From Lophium mytilinum (taxonomy: Eukaryota): DNA of 64,000 nt. Both the position numbers and the translations under genes were made by a program. The notes under the pieces were generated by a model. It saw nothing but the letters and a program-made list of their open reading frames with translations. It did not search any database and was not told the origin of the DNA. Below are positions 48,401 to 61,490 of this stretch, piece after piece (position 1 is the first letter of the stretch; every line of letters begins with the position of its first letter). The DNA is taken from positions 1,558,018 to 1,622,017 of the forward strand of contig MU004187.1 in the NCBI GenBank assembly GCA_010093605.1, written 5' to 3'.

Positions 48401-51400
48401 TTAGAGTATCTAGTAATAAAATAGTAATAGAAGTTATAGAAGCTAAAAAAGGCTTATATATCTTTTAGATTTCTTAAAGTAGGCTAGTCTAGTACTATTT
48501 AGACTTTATAAGAGTCTATATAGACGCTATTAATACCTATAATAATGTCTAGATACTTAACTTCTTAGATAGTAAATTTAGACTTATAGATATCTAGAAA
48601 GAGACCGGCGTTTTTTAGTCTAGTAACTATAGAAATAATATACTTCTTATATTTCTTAAAGCTATTACTAAATATAAGTATATTATCTATATAGGCTATA
48701 TAGTAGTAGTTAAGATCTTTATAGAGTATATTATTAATATAGGCTTAAAATAAACTAGAGGCGTTATATAGGCTAAATAGAAGGACTATAAATTTAAATA
48801 GACCCTATTATATTAGAAACGCTATTTTATACTTATTACTCTCTTTAATACATAGGGCGTTAAAAGCGCTAATAATATCTAACTTAGTATAGTATTTAGC
48901 TTTAGCTAGTAGTATAAGTATATCTTTAATAAGAGGTAGTATATTATAGCTCTTAATTATAATATTATTTAGTCCTCTATAGTCTATATAGATGCGGAGA
49001 CCGCCTCTAGGTTTCTTAATAATAAGTATAGGGGTAGTAAAGAAGAATAAGCTTAGTTAAATAAAGCCTTTAAAGCGCATCTTATTAATAAATACTTTTA
49101 TAATAGTAGCTTAGTCTCTAGAGAGGCTATAGACCTTCTATATAGGTAGTTTACTATTAGGTTAGAGATTAATTATATAATCTATCTTATAGTAAGGGGA
49201 TAATATATTAGCTACTTAGGGGTCCTAGGCGTTGCAGAGGTAGTAAAGCTAGCTTAGAAGAAGCTACTTAATCTTTTTATTAGTAATAGAAGGCCTATTT
49301 ATTTTATTAAAGAACTTTCTATAGTTAGCTAGGTTAATTATAAATAGGTTAGTTATAAATGCGGCTTATTCCTTAGCTAAGGCATTATTAAGCTTAGTAA
49401 GCCTATAGAGAGTAGAATTATTAGCTATAGTATAAGTAGCCTTATTCTTATAGGCGTTAAGTTTATTAAAGTTATTATCTTATAGTCTAATAATAGCGTT
49501 CTTCTTACCTTTATAGGTAAGCTTCTAGTATTTAGTAAGAAAGTTATTAGCTTTATCTAGGTTAAGGCTAAGCTTATAGTAATAGTTAATAATTTTATAT
49601 AGGGCGCTATTATATAGCTTTTTTTCTTTATAGATAATATCTTAGTTATAGCTATTACTCTAGACGCGTTAGTAGCTATCTATATATAGATAGTTACTTA
49701 TATAGTAATTAAAGTTAAAGTTTAATATATATTCTCTCTATATAGAACGCGGCTTATAGCGCTTAAACTAGAGTATACTAAGAATAATATTATATTTCTA
49801 AAGGTTAGTAATATAGCACTATAGGTATTTAATATAGGCTCTAAGTAATAGCGTAATTTAGGCTTTATATATAACTATAAGTATTAACTAGCTATTAGTA
49901 AGGCGTAGTAGTATTAGCTTTATAATTAAAACTATTATAAGCTTATAGACTTTTATAAATATCTATAATATAAAAGCTAGGTATAAGTAGCCTATATCTA
50001 TTAAGCACTTACTATTAATAACGCTAGTAGTAGAAGTATAGATTCTATATTTAAAGTTAAGCTATTTTCCTTATATAACTTCCTTAGAGGAATTAATAGT
50101 ATAGGTAGAGAGCTAAAGCTTATCTAGCTTAGAAGGTAGTTGCTCTAGCTTATAAATGCGGGTAACTAGTATACTTAGATAAATATCTACTAGACTCTAA
50201 CTGTAACTATAGTTAGAGCCTAGTAAAAATCCTTACTATTAGATAAGTTCTTATTATTGCAAGTAGTATTATCTTTACTACTATTATAGTTAATAGTAGC
50301 TAGAGTATTACTAAGCTTAATATTAGATGCAAAATTATCTATATAGTAGATTATAGAGAGCTTTAAATCTAGTTCTTTCTAGAAATAGGTAAGATATTAT
50401 TAGACTATCTTTTTAGAAGAAGAGGCGTTCTTTATATAAGGATAGTTATAGTCTAATATATAATATTCTATCTTAAGATAGTTATAGTAGACTTCTTAAG
50501 TCTATTTACTTAGCACTTTAGTTACTATAGAAGAGAGATAAATGCGGCGTATATTACTATTATAGTTATAGCAGTATAAGCTATTATCTATAATAGGGCG
50601 TAATAAATATATCTTTAAGTTGCGGTTAAAATCCTATTAGAAGTTATAATTAGACTTATTAGTAAATAGCTTATTAGTATATTTTAAGCTGTTACTATTA
50701 TTCTAGAAAGGGCCGTTAGAATATTACTGCTTGCGGGCGCGTTCGCGCTTACTAGTAAGATAGGAGACTGCGCGGTTAATAGCGGCGATAAGTTCTAGCT
50801 AGAATATATAGTTATTAGCAGCTCTAAAGACTTAACCTTTAAGTTTAGAAGTAATAAGGCGCTTAAGCTATTCTTTTTATTTAATAAAGTCTATATCCTT
50901 ATTAGAGTTTATAGATACTATCTTCTAGAACTAGAGAAGAAAAATAGACTATTTCTTATTATATTTTATATACGCCTATTAGCTATATAGCTTATTATTT
51001 ATAGCTATAGCTTTATTATTAATTATAAAATATAGGTCTATTACTTTAAATATTTCTTTAATTATTTTAAAGTTATTACTTATAGGGCGGTTCTATTAAG
51101 TATAGCTATATATAACGCTCTTAGCATATCTAATATAGTATAATTTAATATACTTAAGCTTAGCTTACTTATTATAGAAGTCTTAAGGTTTATTCTAGAA
51201 GATAGTATAGGCATAAGCTTTCTATAATTTATACTTAGATATATTATTACATTCTTTAAACTTCTAAAGGTTATAGAACTTAGTATAGAGTTAGTGCAGA
51301 CTAGTAGTAAGTTACGCGTTTAGATTATATAAAAAGTTAGGCTAGATAAAATAATTATAATCTAGAGAGTTATCGCTGTTACCTTTATTAAATAGGTAGC

Positions 51401-53292
51401 TATAGTTACCGCGCTTAGCTATATTATCTTATTAAGAGCGCGCTTATAGTTATTACTATATAGCTTATTAATACTTCTTCTTATACTCTATACTCTAAGT
51501 GTAAAAGGTATTATACTGCTATTAGTATTAGTTATAGTAGAAAGTAACTTTAGCTACTTTAGTAGTAAGGCCTTTAACCTTAATACATAGCTTAGCATTA
51601 AGAATAGTCTAAGCGTTAGCCTTCTTACGCTTATCTTCTAGCTGCTTAGTAAGGCTATCGCGTTTATTAGTAAAGTTTTTAGTATTAGTATATATCTTAG
51701 TAACTTAATAATAAAGCTTAGCTACTTAGTCTTTAAGATTACTAATTATAATACTATCTTATATACCTTATTATTTCTAAAGTTATATAATCTTCTTATC
51801 TTTCTATTAAATAGCTATAACTATATTTCTAATATCTTTATATAACTTACCTAGTTCTTTATAGTAGTTAAGTAGTATAGTATAAATACTAATATATTTA
51901 TCTTGCATAATATTATAGAGCTCTTTCGCGTTATTAATAGTAATATTAGTAGGTTATCTATTACTAGCGCGGTTAATAGTAAAGACTATGCCGTTATTAT
52001 CTATAAGAAGGGACTGTTAATAATTAGGCTTATTACTGCTAGTTCTAGTAGAGCTAGCGCCTATATTAGCTATATTAGACCGGCCTTAAAAAGGGAGATT
52101 AGAATAGGTATTTAGAATTACGGTAGTATTATTAGTAGAGGTAATAACTTAGTTCTTAAAGGTATTTAGAATTTAAGAGAAGACTAGAGTTATTAGGTTA
52201 ATAAGGGGTTTAGTAAATTAGATAGCTTAAGGTATAGATATCTTAGTAAATAACTTAAAGGCTTCTTTATCTTTAACTTTAACTTTACTTTTAGCTTTAA
52301 CTTTACTTTTATCTTTATTTACGTAGGCGTTATTATTTATATTCTACTTAGTAGAGTTAGTAAAGTTATAATAGGCTTAGCTCTATAGTAGGTTAGTACT
52401 AAATTAATTTAATAGAAGGTAAATATCTAGTCCTAAGTTACTAAATTTTTTAGCGCGCGTAGCGAGAGCTTCTAGAGTTATAGTTAGTTAGTATTATAAT
52501 ACTTCTCTACCGCCTATCTTATAGGCGGCTTTCTTTTCTTAGTAATTAAGCTTATGCGCTTCTTAAGAGTTAGATATAAGAGTAGATTAAGTAGCTTATA
52601 AGCTAGAAGAAAGGGTAGAATTAGAAATAACTAAATACTTATTAGCTTTACTACTAGAAGGTAAACCTATAGGCTATACGCTAGATATAGCTATACTATA
52701 TAGAGTTAGAGCTTTTCTACTATAACTTAGTATAGCTAGTCTTAGAGGTGTTATTTATATCTTTACTAGTAAGTATTAGTAGACTATAGAAAAGGTTAGT
52801 ATAAAATAGAGAGTATAGATCCTCTATAAAAGCTTAAAAGTAGGCGTGCTTTCTAGAGTAGCTAGTACTATTCTTAGCGGCTGCCTTTAATTAGTAAATA
52901 AAAATAGGATAACTATATATAAACTAGTTAGTTACGCGTAATAGTTAGTAAGTAGGTATATAGAGCCTATATACTAGCCTATTACTAATAGAGTATATAT
53001 AGTTCTTACTCTATTATTAGAAAGTAACTATACTTATATTAGTTAGTTGCGCGTAATAGTAAGTAGGTTTATAGAGCCTGCGCGCTAACTATAGTAGGCG
53101 GAGTATATAGAGTTCTTACTATAAGATTATAGGGCCTTTTTTTAAGTCTCCCTATATTAATATAGAGAGTATTAGGTTTATATATTAAAATTTTAGCCTA
53201 TTAAATTAGCTAGGTATATATATAGGTAGGTAGATAGGTAGAAAAAAAAGTACTTCTAGAAACTTCTAGAAGCTAGAAGGGTAGCTACTTTA

Positions 53293-53512
53293 TATTATAG
53301 TATAATAGTAGATTATAAGAGAAGACCTAATATTAGTATATATAGATAAAGTAGCTATAAGAAAAAAAAAAGAGCGCGGAGCGCTAGCTAAGAGGTAGGT
53401 AAGGCTAGCGCTAAGCCTAGTTATATAATAATAATTATATACTAGAGGGCACGTAATACTATTATATATATTAGAAATATATTATAATAGGGGTTATATT
53501 ATAGCTATAATA
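53293..53512 (-). repeat. 5' LTR of element B
   Basis: Colinear with 45241-45460. Confidence 0.94.
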
Positions 53513-53699
53513 GATATACTTATATTCTAAATAAAATAGTTAGAGTTAGAGAAGAGGCTATAATTTAATAGTAAGTAGGTTATTAAAAGAGTTTAGAGCT
53601 TTAGTCTAATATATACTAGTAGTATATTAGCTATTATTATAAAAGGTATAAGTTACTATAGTAGTAGCTACCTTCTAGAGGGTTAAAGTTAAGGCTAGT

Positions 53700-56600
53700 A
53701 TAATATTAGGCTAATAATTTATAATAGATCTAGGCCTCTTTTCTAGCTATAAACCTAGTACGTGCCTAATAGTTATATACTTACTAGAAATATTATTATT
53801 CTACTACTAGCGTGTTTCTTTAGATAGATTGCAAGCAGCCTTATACTCTAGCTTCTTATAGCACGTCTTATAATATAATTCTACTTCTTATTTAATACGC
53901 CTTTATATCTTACTATCTATAATACTATATACTACTTATATATATAATTTTCTTTTCTATAGCTCTAATTACTTATTATAAAGTTATACTAGACTATACT
54001 ACTAGTAGCCTTAATACTATTACTTTAGTAGTATAGCCTCTTAGCTTAGTTATATAGCCTATAGATACTAATTTCTTTAAAGTCTTACTACTAGCCTATA
54101 GGCTGCTTAGTTAAAAATAAGCCTATAGGCCACTTAGTTAATAAGCCTATAGGCTACTTATTAATTAGCCTATAGATTAGCCTAGTTAAAAACGCCTAGT
54201 TTATAGCCTGCGGGTTAGCTTAGTCTACAGCCTGCGGGTTAGCTTAGTCTATAGCCTACGGGTTAGCTTAGTTAATTTACTTAGTATATAGCCCGCGGGT
54301 CTACTTAGTTATATATCTATAGGCGCATCTAAATAAGCCTATAAAATTACTTAGAATTACTAAAAATAAGTAGCTACTTAAACTCTAGCTTTAAATAGCC
54401 TTACTATAGGCTATTATAGACCTTCTATTTTTTATAGTCTTACTATAGGCTATTATATACTTACTATATAAATACTCTAAAAAGAGTATATAGACTTTTC
54501 TATATTATTTACTATATACTAACCTAACTTAGAACTAGCTATATAGCTACTTTAACTAGCCGCCCTTACCCTCTTTCTCTATCTTTCTCTCTCTTACTTA
54601 TCTTCTACCTATAACTTCCCCTCTATAAAGCTATAAGAAAGTCTACTTCTATACTATCTAGCGCAATCTATAGGTTAATATTTCCTCTATTATTTCGCGT
54701 AATATACGGGTTGCGTATTATAGCTACTACTTTCTCTTACTAGCTTACTACTCTACTATAAGCACTACTAAGAACCCTATCTTTATTAAATCTAAACCTA
54801 ACTCTAATAATAATTCTACCTCTAGTAAAGACCTAGCTATATTAGCTTCTCTATTATAAGCGCGCCTTAAGCGCAAGTACTAGTTCTAAGAGAATAAACC
54901 TAAATAATTTACCTAAGACCCTAACGCTCTAGTTAATACTTAATTTATATCTATTACTATAGAATAGAGCTAGCAACAGGTGCCCCTTAATAATAATAAT
55001 AATAATAAGATTAAAAACATTAACGGCTCTTTCTTAGAAGCTATTAATACTCTAGAAAAGAAATAAGTTAGTAAAACCCTATTACGCCTTATAGTATAAA
55101 CCCCGGGTAATTTTATTAAAGACTCTATATTTATTAACTACTCTACTATTAGTAAAGATAAGTAACTCGGCCTTATCTAGATTAATAATACTAATACTTA
55201 CCTTATACTTATTAAGGTAAATTCTATAAAGTAGTTCTAAATCCTGCAAGAATATAAAATATAAGCTTAGTATAAAGAGATTACACGCAAAGATACTAAG
55301 AAGCGTTACCGCGCACTATAAATTAAGGTTAATCTTAAGCGCAATATTATAAAAGAATAAGAAAACGCCGCTAAAGATAAGAAGAATAAAGTCTAGAAAC
55401 TCTTAGAATAGGCGGAGGAACTCTAGAAGAAACTTATAGAGGCTAAGAGTAAATTTAATAAACTTATTAGGGCGTCTACTAGTAAATAAGTATAAGTCTA
55501 TAAAGATAAGATAGCTATATAGAAAGCTAAACTTGCTAGTAAATTTTACCTTACTATAAAAACTAAGAAGCTTAAGTAGAAACTAGAGAAGATTAAGGGA
55601 AAGCTATAAAAGGCTATAGAGTAAGCTAAGTATTAGGTTAAAAATCTAGCTATATATAAGAATAACTACTATAAAGCTAAGATAGCTTATAAGCTTTAAG
55701 TAAGTAAAGTAGTAACGCTAGAAAAGAAAGCTATAAAGCTTTAACGCTAAATAATTACTACTAATATAGTATCTACTTCTAAATAATAGGCTATACTAGT
55801 TAAGGTTTTAGCTACTACTTTATAGAAGACCGCACGCCCTAATACTATTAATAACCTCTTTTCTATAGTAACCTCCCTATTTAGTAATAGTAGCTATAAT
55901 AATAATAAAAACCTATATAAGTATAAGAAGCGGTCTAAGAAGTATAAGTCTTGCTAGACTAAGTTATATAGTAAGGATAACTCTAGTAGCTCTAATAGCT
56001 CTACTAGCTTATCTAGTTTAGATAAAGACCGCTGTAATTATAGTTATAATTAATACTACTTAAAATACTACTACTTATACTTATATTTATATTTAAGATT
56101 ATATACACGTAACTATATTATAGACGCCCTAGAATTTACTAGTAATAAAGTATAGTACTCTAGCTAGAAAGCTTATATTATACTTAAGATTTCCGGCAGC
56201 GGCCGCAAGTTCTAAAATAACTATCTATAGCTTAGATATATAATCTCCTAAATTAAGCTTAACTTAGTAGCGGGATAATATATAATATCTAAATAGATAT
56301 TAAAAGATAGGCTTATTACTCTAGTAGACGCCTAGGCCTTTATAGATAATTAATTTCTTAACCCTAATATAGAGAATACAGCCTAGAATAAGATCTATAT
56401 AATATTCTAGAAATAAAATAAATTAATAGATAATTTCTAAAGCTATATTATAGAGTAAGCAAATATAATATCTAAATAGAATAATAATAATATAATAACT
56501 ATAATTTAGAAGTAAGGGCTTATCTAGGTTAATAAGGGCGCTATAATAGAAAAGCTATTTACTAGAGCTATAGATATAGTAGTAGCTATACACTACTACT

Positions 56601-59600
56601 AGTATAATAATAATATATTAATCTATATATATATAGCCTACTACGCTAACCTAATAATCTATTAAGAAGAAAACTAGCGCGGTAGATATAGAGAATACTA
56701 AAAAGGTTATAATAACTATAGAGGTTACTAGTTCTAATACGGCCTATATACCTAAACTTCTTAGTCTAACTAACCTCTTACTATTATAGCCGCCGGTATT
56801 AATAATACTAACCTGCGTATAGATTAGCTATAGGCTCTAGTTAATATTCTAAATAGCTAGAAGCCTCTAGGCGTAATAACTAATACTAAGTATACTATAC
56901 TAAGAGCTAATAGTATCTACTACCGCTATTATATACTAGGCTATAAGAAGAATAACTCTAATTACTCTATAGCTTAGCTTATAGCTTAGCGCCCTACTCT
57001 ACCGTGCACTAGCTAGCCTAGCGCCCTAGCTATTTATACTATAAACTTAGCTACTTAGTAAGAATATAGCTAGGGAAATACCTAGCCCTAGGTTATAGCC
57101 GCAACTTAGGGCCTATAGTAAGTAGTAGTAATTTAATACTAGTTATATAGTTAATATATAAAGGTATAGTAGGCATAATAAATAAGCTAGATAGACTTAG
57201 GCTAGAATCTATAGATACTCTTAAAATTAGTAAGGCTTTAATCTAGATAGATATTCTACTATAGAATAGATACTATCTAAAGCTTATAGAGGACGTTTAA
57301 ATATATAAAAATAGTAAGCTTCTTTCTATAATATCTACCCTTTCTCTACTTAATAGTAGAGCTATATATATCTTTATTAATACTACTTACACGTATACTA
57401 ATAACCTTTCTTTTATCCCCCTAATAAAAGCCTATACTCTAGAACTTATAGATAGAGAAGCTATTATAAAGAAGATTACTTATACCGCGCTTATCTATTT
57501 TAATCTTAATAGGTATGCTAAATAGTTTAAAGTATTTATTATAGATCTTAGTCTAGCATTAATTATTCTAGGTTATAAATAGCTTAAGAGATATAACTCT
57601 ATAATTAATTAGTAAGAATACTATATTAATTTCTTCCGCCTATACTATAGGCGTTACTATATAAGAAATAGCTTAGTATTAGTATAGAGCCTATCTTATT
57701 ACCTTTAAGCTACTTTTTCTTCTATAGATAATATAGCTAATATATACTATATCTTAGCTAGGCTAACTTACGCTTATATAAGAAAGGGCTAGCTTATAGA
57801 GAAACTACTACTCTATATACTCTAAGATATTAACGCTAATTATAATATCTTAATATATAATAATAGCATCTAGGTTCTAGTTATATAATAGGGCACTAAT
57901 ATACCTAAACATATTAATATAATTACTATAATAGATATTAATAAGTTCCTCTAGGCTAAGACCTATATAATAAAAGAAGAGATCCTCTATAAGCTACTAA
58001 AGAAATACTATTAATTTATTAATATTTTTAACTAAATAGACGCTAATACTCTTCCGTCTAATTAACCCGGCGTAGACTATAAGATTTATCTACTTTCTAG
58101 CGCAGAGGAAAAGCTTCCGCGTGTATAACCTTACCTAATATTAAAAGAAGAACTATAAGTAGTAAAGAAGTAAATAGATAATAATCTTACTAAGAGTTTT
58201 ATTAAACTAGCGCACTCTAATATTTCTTCTCTAATCCTCCTTATCTAAAAACTAGGTAGAGAAGTACGCTTTTATATAGATTACTGCACTATTAATACTC
58301 TTACTATTAAATTATAGTATTCTATACTATTAATATAAGAGACTATAAATCGCCTTAGTTACGCTAAATAGTTTACTAAGTTAGACGTTATTAGAGTATT
58401 TAATTAAATCTAGATAAGACTAGAAAATAAATACTTTACTAGGTTTATAATATAGTATAGCGCATTTAAGTCTAAGGTTCTTCTATTTAGTCTTATAGAA
58501 GGGCCGGCGACCTTTTAAGGCTATATTAATAATGCACTTTATAACTACCTTAATAATTTTTACTCCGCGTACTTAGATAATATTTTAATATACTCTATAG
58601 ATAAGGCTTAATATAAGAAGTATATTAAAAAAGTACTCTAGTAGCTATATAAATACAGCCTATAAGCTAATATTAAGAAGTCTAAATTTAGTATTAAGTA
58701 AGTAAAATATCTAGGCCTAATTATTACTATAAAAGGTATTTATATAGATTCTAAAAAGGTAGAAGCTATTATAAGCTAGTAGATACCTATATATATTAAG
58801 AACGTATAAGCTTTTCTTAGCCTAGCTAATTTCTATTAGTATTTTATTTATAGTTTCTCTCGCATTATTTATCTACTTACCTTAATAATGCAAACATCTA
58901 ATAGTAATAAGAAGAATAAAAAGGAAATACTCTAATCTAAGTTTAAATAGATAAATAACTATAAATAGGCGTTCTAAATCCTTAAGAAAGCTTTTATAAG
59001 CGTACTAGTGCTAGCCTATTTCTAATATAGTAAAAAAGTATATATTAAGACTAATACATCTAATTATATTATCGCCGGTATTATATTATAGATAGGCGAG
59101 GATAGCTTACTTTATTCTATTACCTTCTTCTCTACTAAAATAATACTATAGGAAATAAATTATAAGATATATAATAAAGAGCTCCTTACTATTATTAAGG
59201 CTTTTAAATAGTAGCAGCCTAAGCTTACTAGTACTAACTCTAAGAATTCTATAGAGATTCTTATAGACTACTATAACCTTAAGTAGTTTATAATAACTAA
59301 ATAGCTTAACTAGTATTAAGCGCGGTAGGTAGAGTTTCTCGCTAGGTTTAACTTTAAAATTATTTACTAGCTAGAAATATTTAGTATTAAGCCTAATAGC
59401 TTAACTAGGTATTTATAAAACTTACTATATAGACTAAATAACCTATATAACTAATTTTAATATTAAATAATACTTAAGAGCTATTACCTAGATCTAGGTA
59501 TCGCGCTAATTATTAGTAATAATATTTAAAATAAATATAGCAACGCTAATATAAAAGAACTTACTAAGTAACTAAGCTATATAATAAGTAGCCCGTTAGC

Positions 59601-61490
59601 TAACTTTATACCTAGCTTCTTATTTAAAGAACTTTCTTACTATCTTATACTTAATCTACTGCCCGCTACTAGCCTATATCTTAATTTCTTCTAGCTTGCG
59701 CCCGCTACTATAGAAGATAGTACTCTTTCTATAGTAGAACCTAACCCTAATACTAAACTAGAATAATTACTTAGTAACTTAATTACTAACGCGTATTAAC
59801 TACTATTACTACTAGAGAAACTAACTAATTCTATAGTATACTCTTTAATAGCGCTTATATAGAATAACACGCGCACCCTATCTATAGAACTATAGTAGCT
59901 ACTAGAAAATCTTAATATAGGCGTATTTAAGGTAATTAGTAAAGATAATAACGCCCGCTTATACTATTATAGCTAGTTATATATACTAGACTATACTATA
60001 TTATATCTATAATTACTCTAGGTCTTCTATATAGTACTAGCTAGCGGCTACCTAGAAAAATATAGTATATATAAGCTTCTCTAGAGGTACTACTTCTAGC
60101 TTAAAATAATAGAATTAGTTAAGTAATTTACTAAGGCCTACTATAGTTGCCGCTAAGCTAAGGCTTCTAGAAGTAAAAAGTAAGACCTACTTTATAGCTT
60201 ACCTATAGGTAAATACTATTAGACTAATATTATATTTAATTTTATTATAGATCTTTCTCCCTGTATTAGAAATAGTATTAAATATACCTTAATTCTTATT
60301 ATTATTAACTACTTATCTAAGCAGCAATACTATATTTCTATAGTAGGAATAATAGCTAAAGATATTACTAATATATTTATATAAGAAATCTTCCGCCTAT
60401 ATAGATTACTATAAAGAATTATTAGTAACTTAGGTACTAACTTTATATTAGATTTCTAGCGCCGCGTTTATACGCGCCTAGGCGTTAATCTATAAATATC
60501 TATAGCGTACTACCCTAAAATAGATAGGTAGATAGAAAATATAAACTTATTTATAAAAGCCTTTCTATAGCTATTTATTAACTATTAGTAAAGTAATTAG
60601 GTTAACTAGCTACCTATTAGTAAATTTATTATAAATAATATAATTAACGCCTCTATAGAATTTTTACTATTTTTCTTTAACTATAGGTTCTATCTAAAGT
60701 AAGGTATAGAGCTACTAGCCCTACTAGAATAAGGCCTAGTGCACTATACTTATATAAACCTAATACTTACTAATTAATATATTACTTACTTATAAGAAGT
60801 GCTTATAGAAGGATAATAATAAATAACCTAGGTAAAAAATAAGTAAGCTAAGTTTACTAACTAGTACTATAATCTACTACCGCTAATAAGAGTAGATAAC
60901 TAGGTATAGCTTAACGCCCGTAATATTAAAATAGAATATAAGAATAAGTTCTTAGACTATAAAAATATTAGACTATATTAAATTAAGAAGGTTATTAACT
61001 ATAGCGCCGCGTATAAACTTAAGCTCCTATAGAATATACTAGCTAAACGCGTTTAGCTAGTATTCTTACTATACTTACTATATCTTAATAACTCTTAGCT
61101 AATTAAAGGTTAATAATAACCTAAACCGCCGCCCGTTATAGTTATTAATAAAGGAGGATAAAAGAATATAGAATACCCTATTAAGAATATTATTACTAGT
61201 AGATAGTAATAGCGTAGATAGTATTAGAAGCTATAATATAAGCTCTAGTAGACTAGTTATACTATACTAAGTAATTAGAAGAATTAGAGCTGCTTTAAGA
61301 GAGAAGGCGCTTAGAAACTAGTATAGCGTTTCTATTAGCTATACCCGCGCAAGAATAGGCTCTATTAGGACTTTCTAAAACTACTAGAAGGCTAGTAATA
61401 TAATAAGAACCTAGATTTAAATAATAATAAGCACCCCGCTGCGCGTATAGTAGCCTTATAGCTAGAATTAGTTAAAGTTAATAGCTTAAA
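53700..61490 (+). mobile_element. RIP-inactivated Ty3/Gypsy chromovirus (element C); 3' end missing or interrupted, ends approximate
   Basis: Coiled-coil gag-like relic ~54900-57100; RT VRF.VDY (~58265) and SAYLD(D)ILIYS (~58565); RNase H Y(E)IY(D)KELL (~59161); integrase AY(H)P(E)(T)DG(Q)(T)E (~60505); chromodomain EYPI..II.SR...YKL.(W)T(G)Y (~61170-61260). No second LTR is in the window. Confidence 0.88.
54206..54275 (+). repeat. 24-bp tandem repeat x3 (GCCTGCGGGTTAGCTTAGTCTACA) within a wider degenerate array (~54040-54330) in the leader of element C
   Basis: Periodicity read directly. Confidence 0.8.

Larger units (their letters stand above)
45241..53512 (-). mobile_element. Full-length RIP-inactivated Ty3/Gypsy element (element B, 8.3 kb)
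   Basis: 220-bp LTRs at 45241-45460 and 53293-53512 with inverted termini TATTATAG...CTATAATA; PPT AGAGGGGGGGTAG; apparent 4-bp TSD GATA. RT GGLRI.VDYRGLN (~48990) and AY.D(D).LIFS (~48680), RNase H NYAIY(D)KELLA (~48100), integrase F(H)P(E)(T)D(G)(Q)T(E) (~46760). Confidence 0.94.

Noticed and set aside
51903..52115. 70-aa ORF in the AT-rich block
   Set aside because: Non-ATG start, antisense to the gag region of element B, and a composition typical of RIP; not an effector candidate.
53994..54036. 11-bp inverted repeat as a self-priming PBS for element C
   Set aside because: The LTR boundary cannot be fixed without a second copy, and TA-rich RIP'd DNA generates such matches easily.
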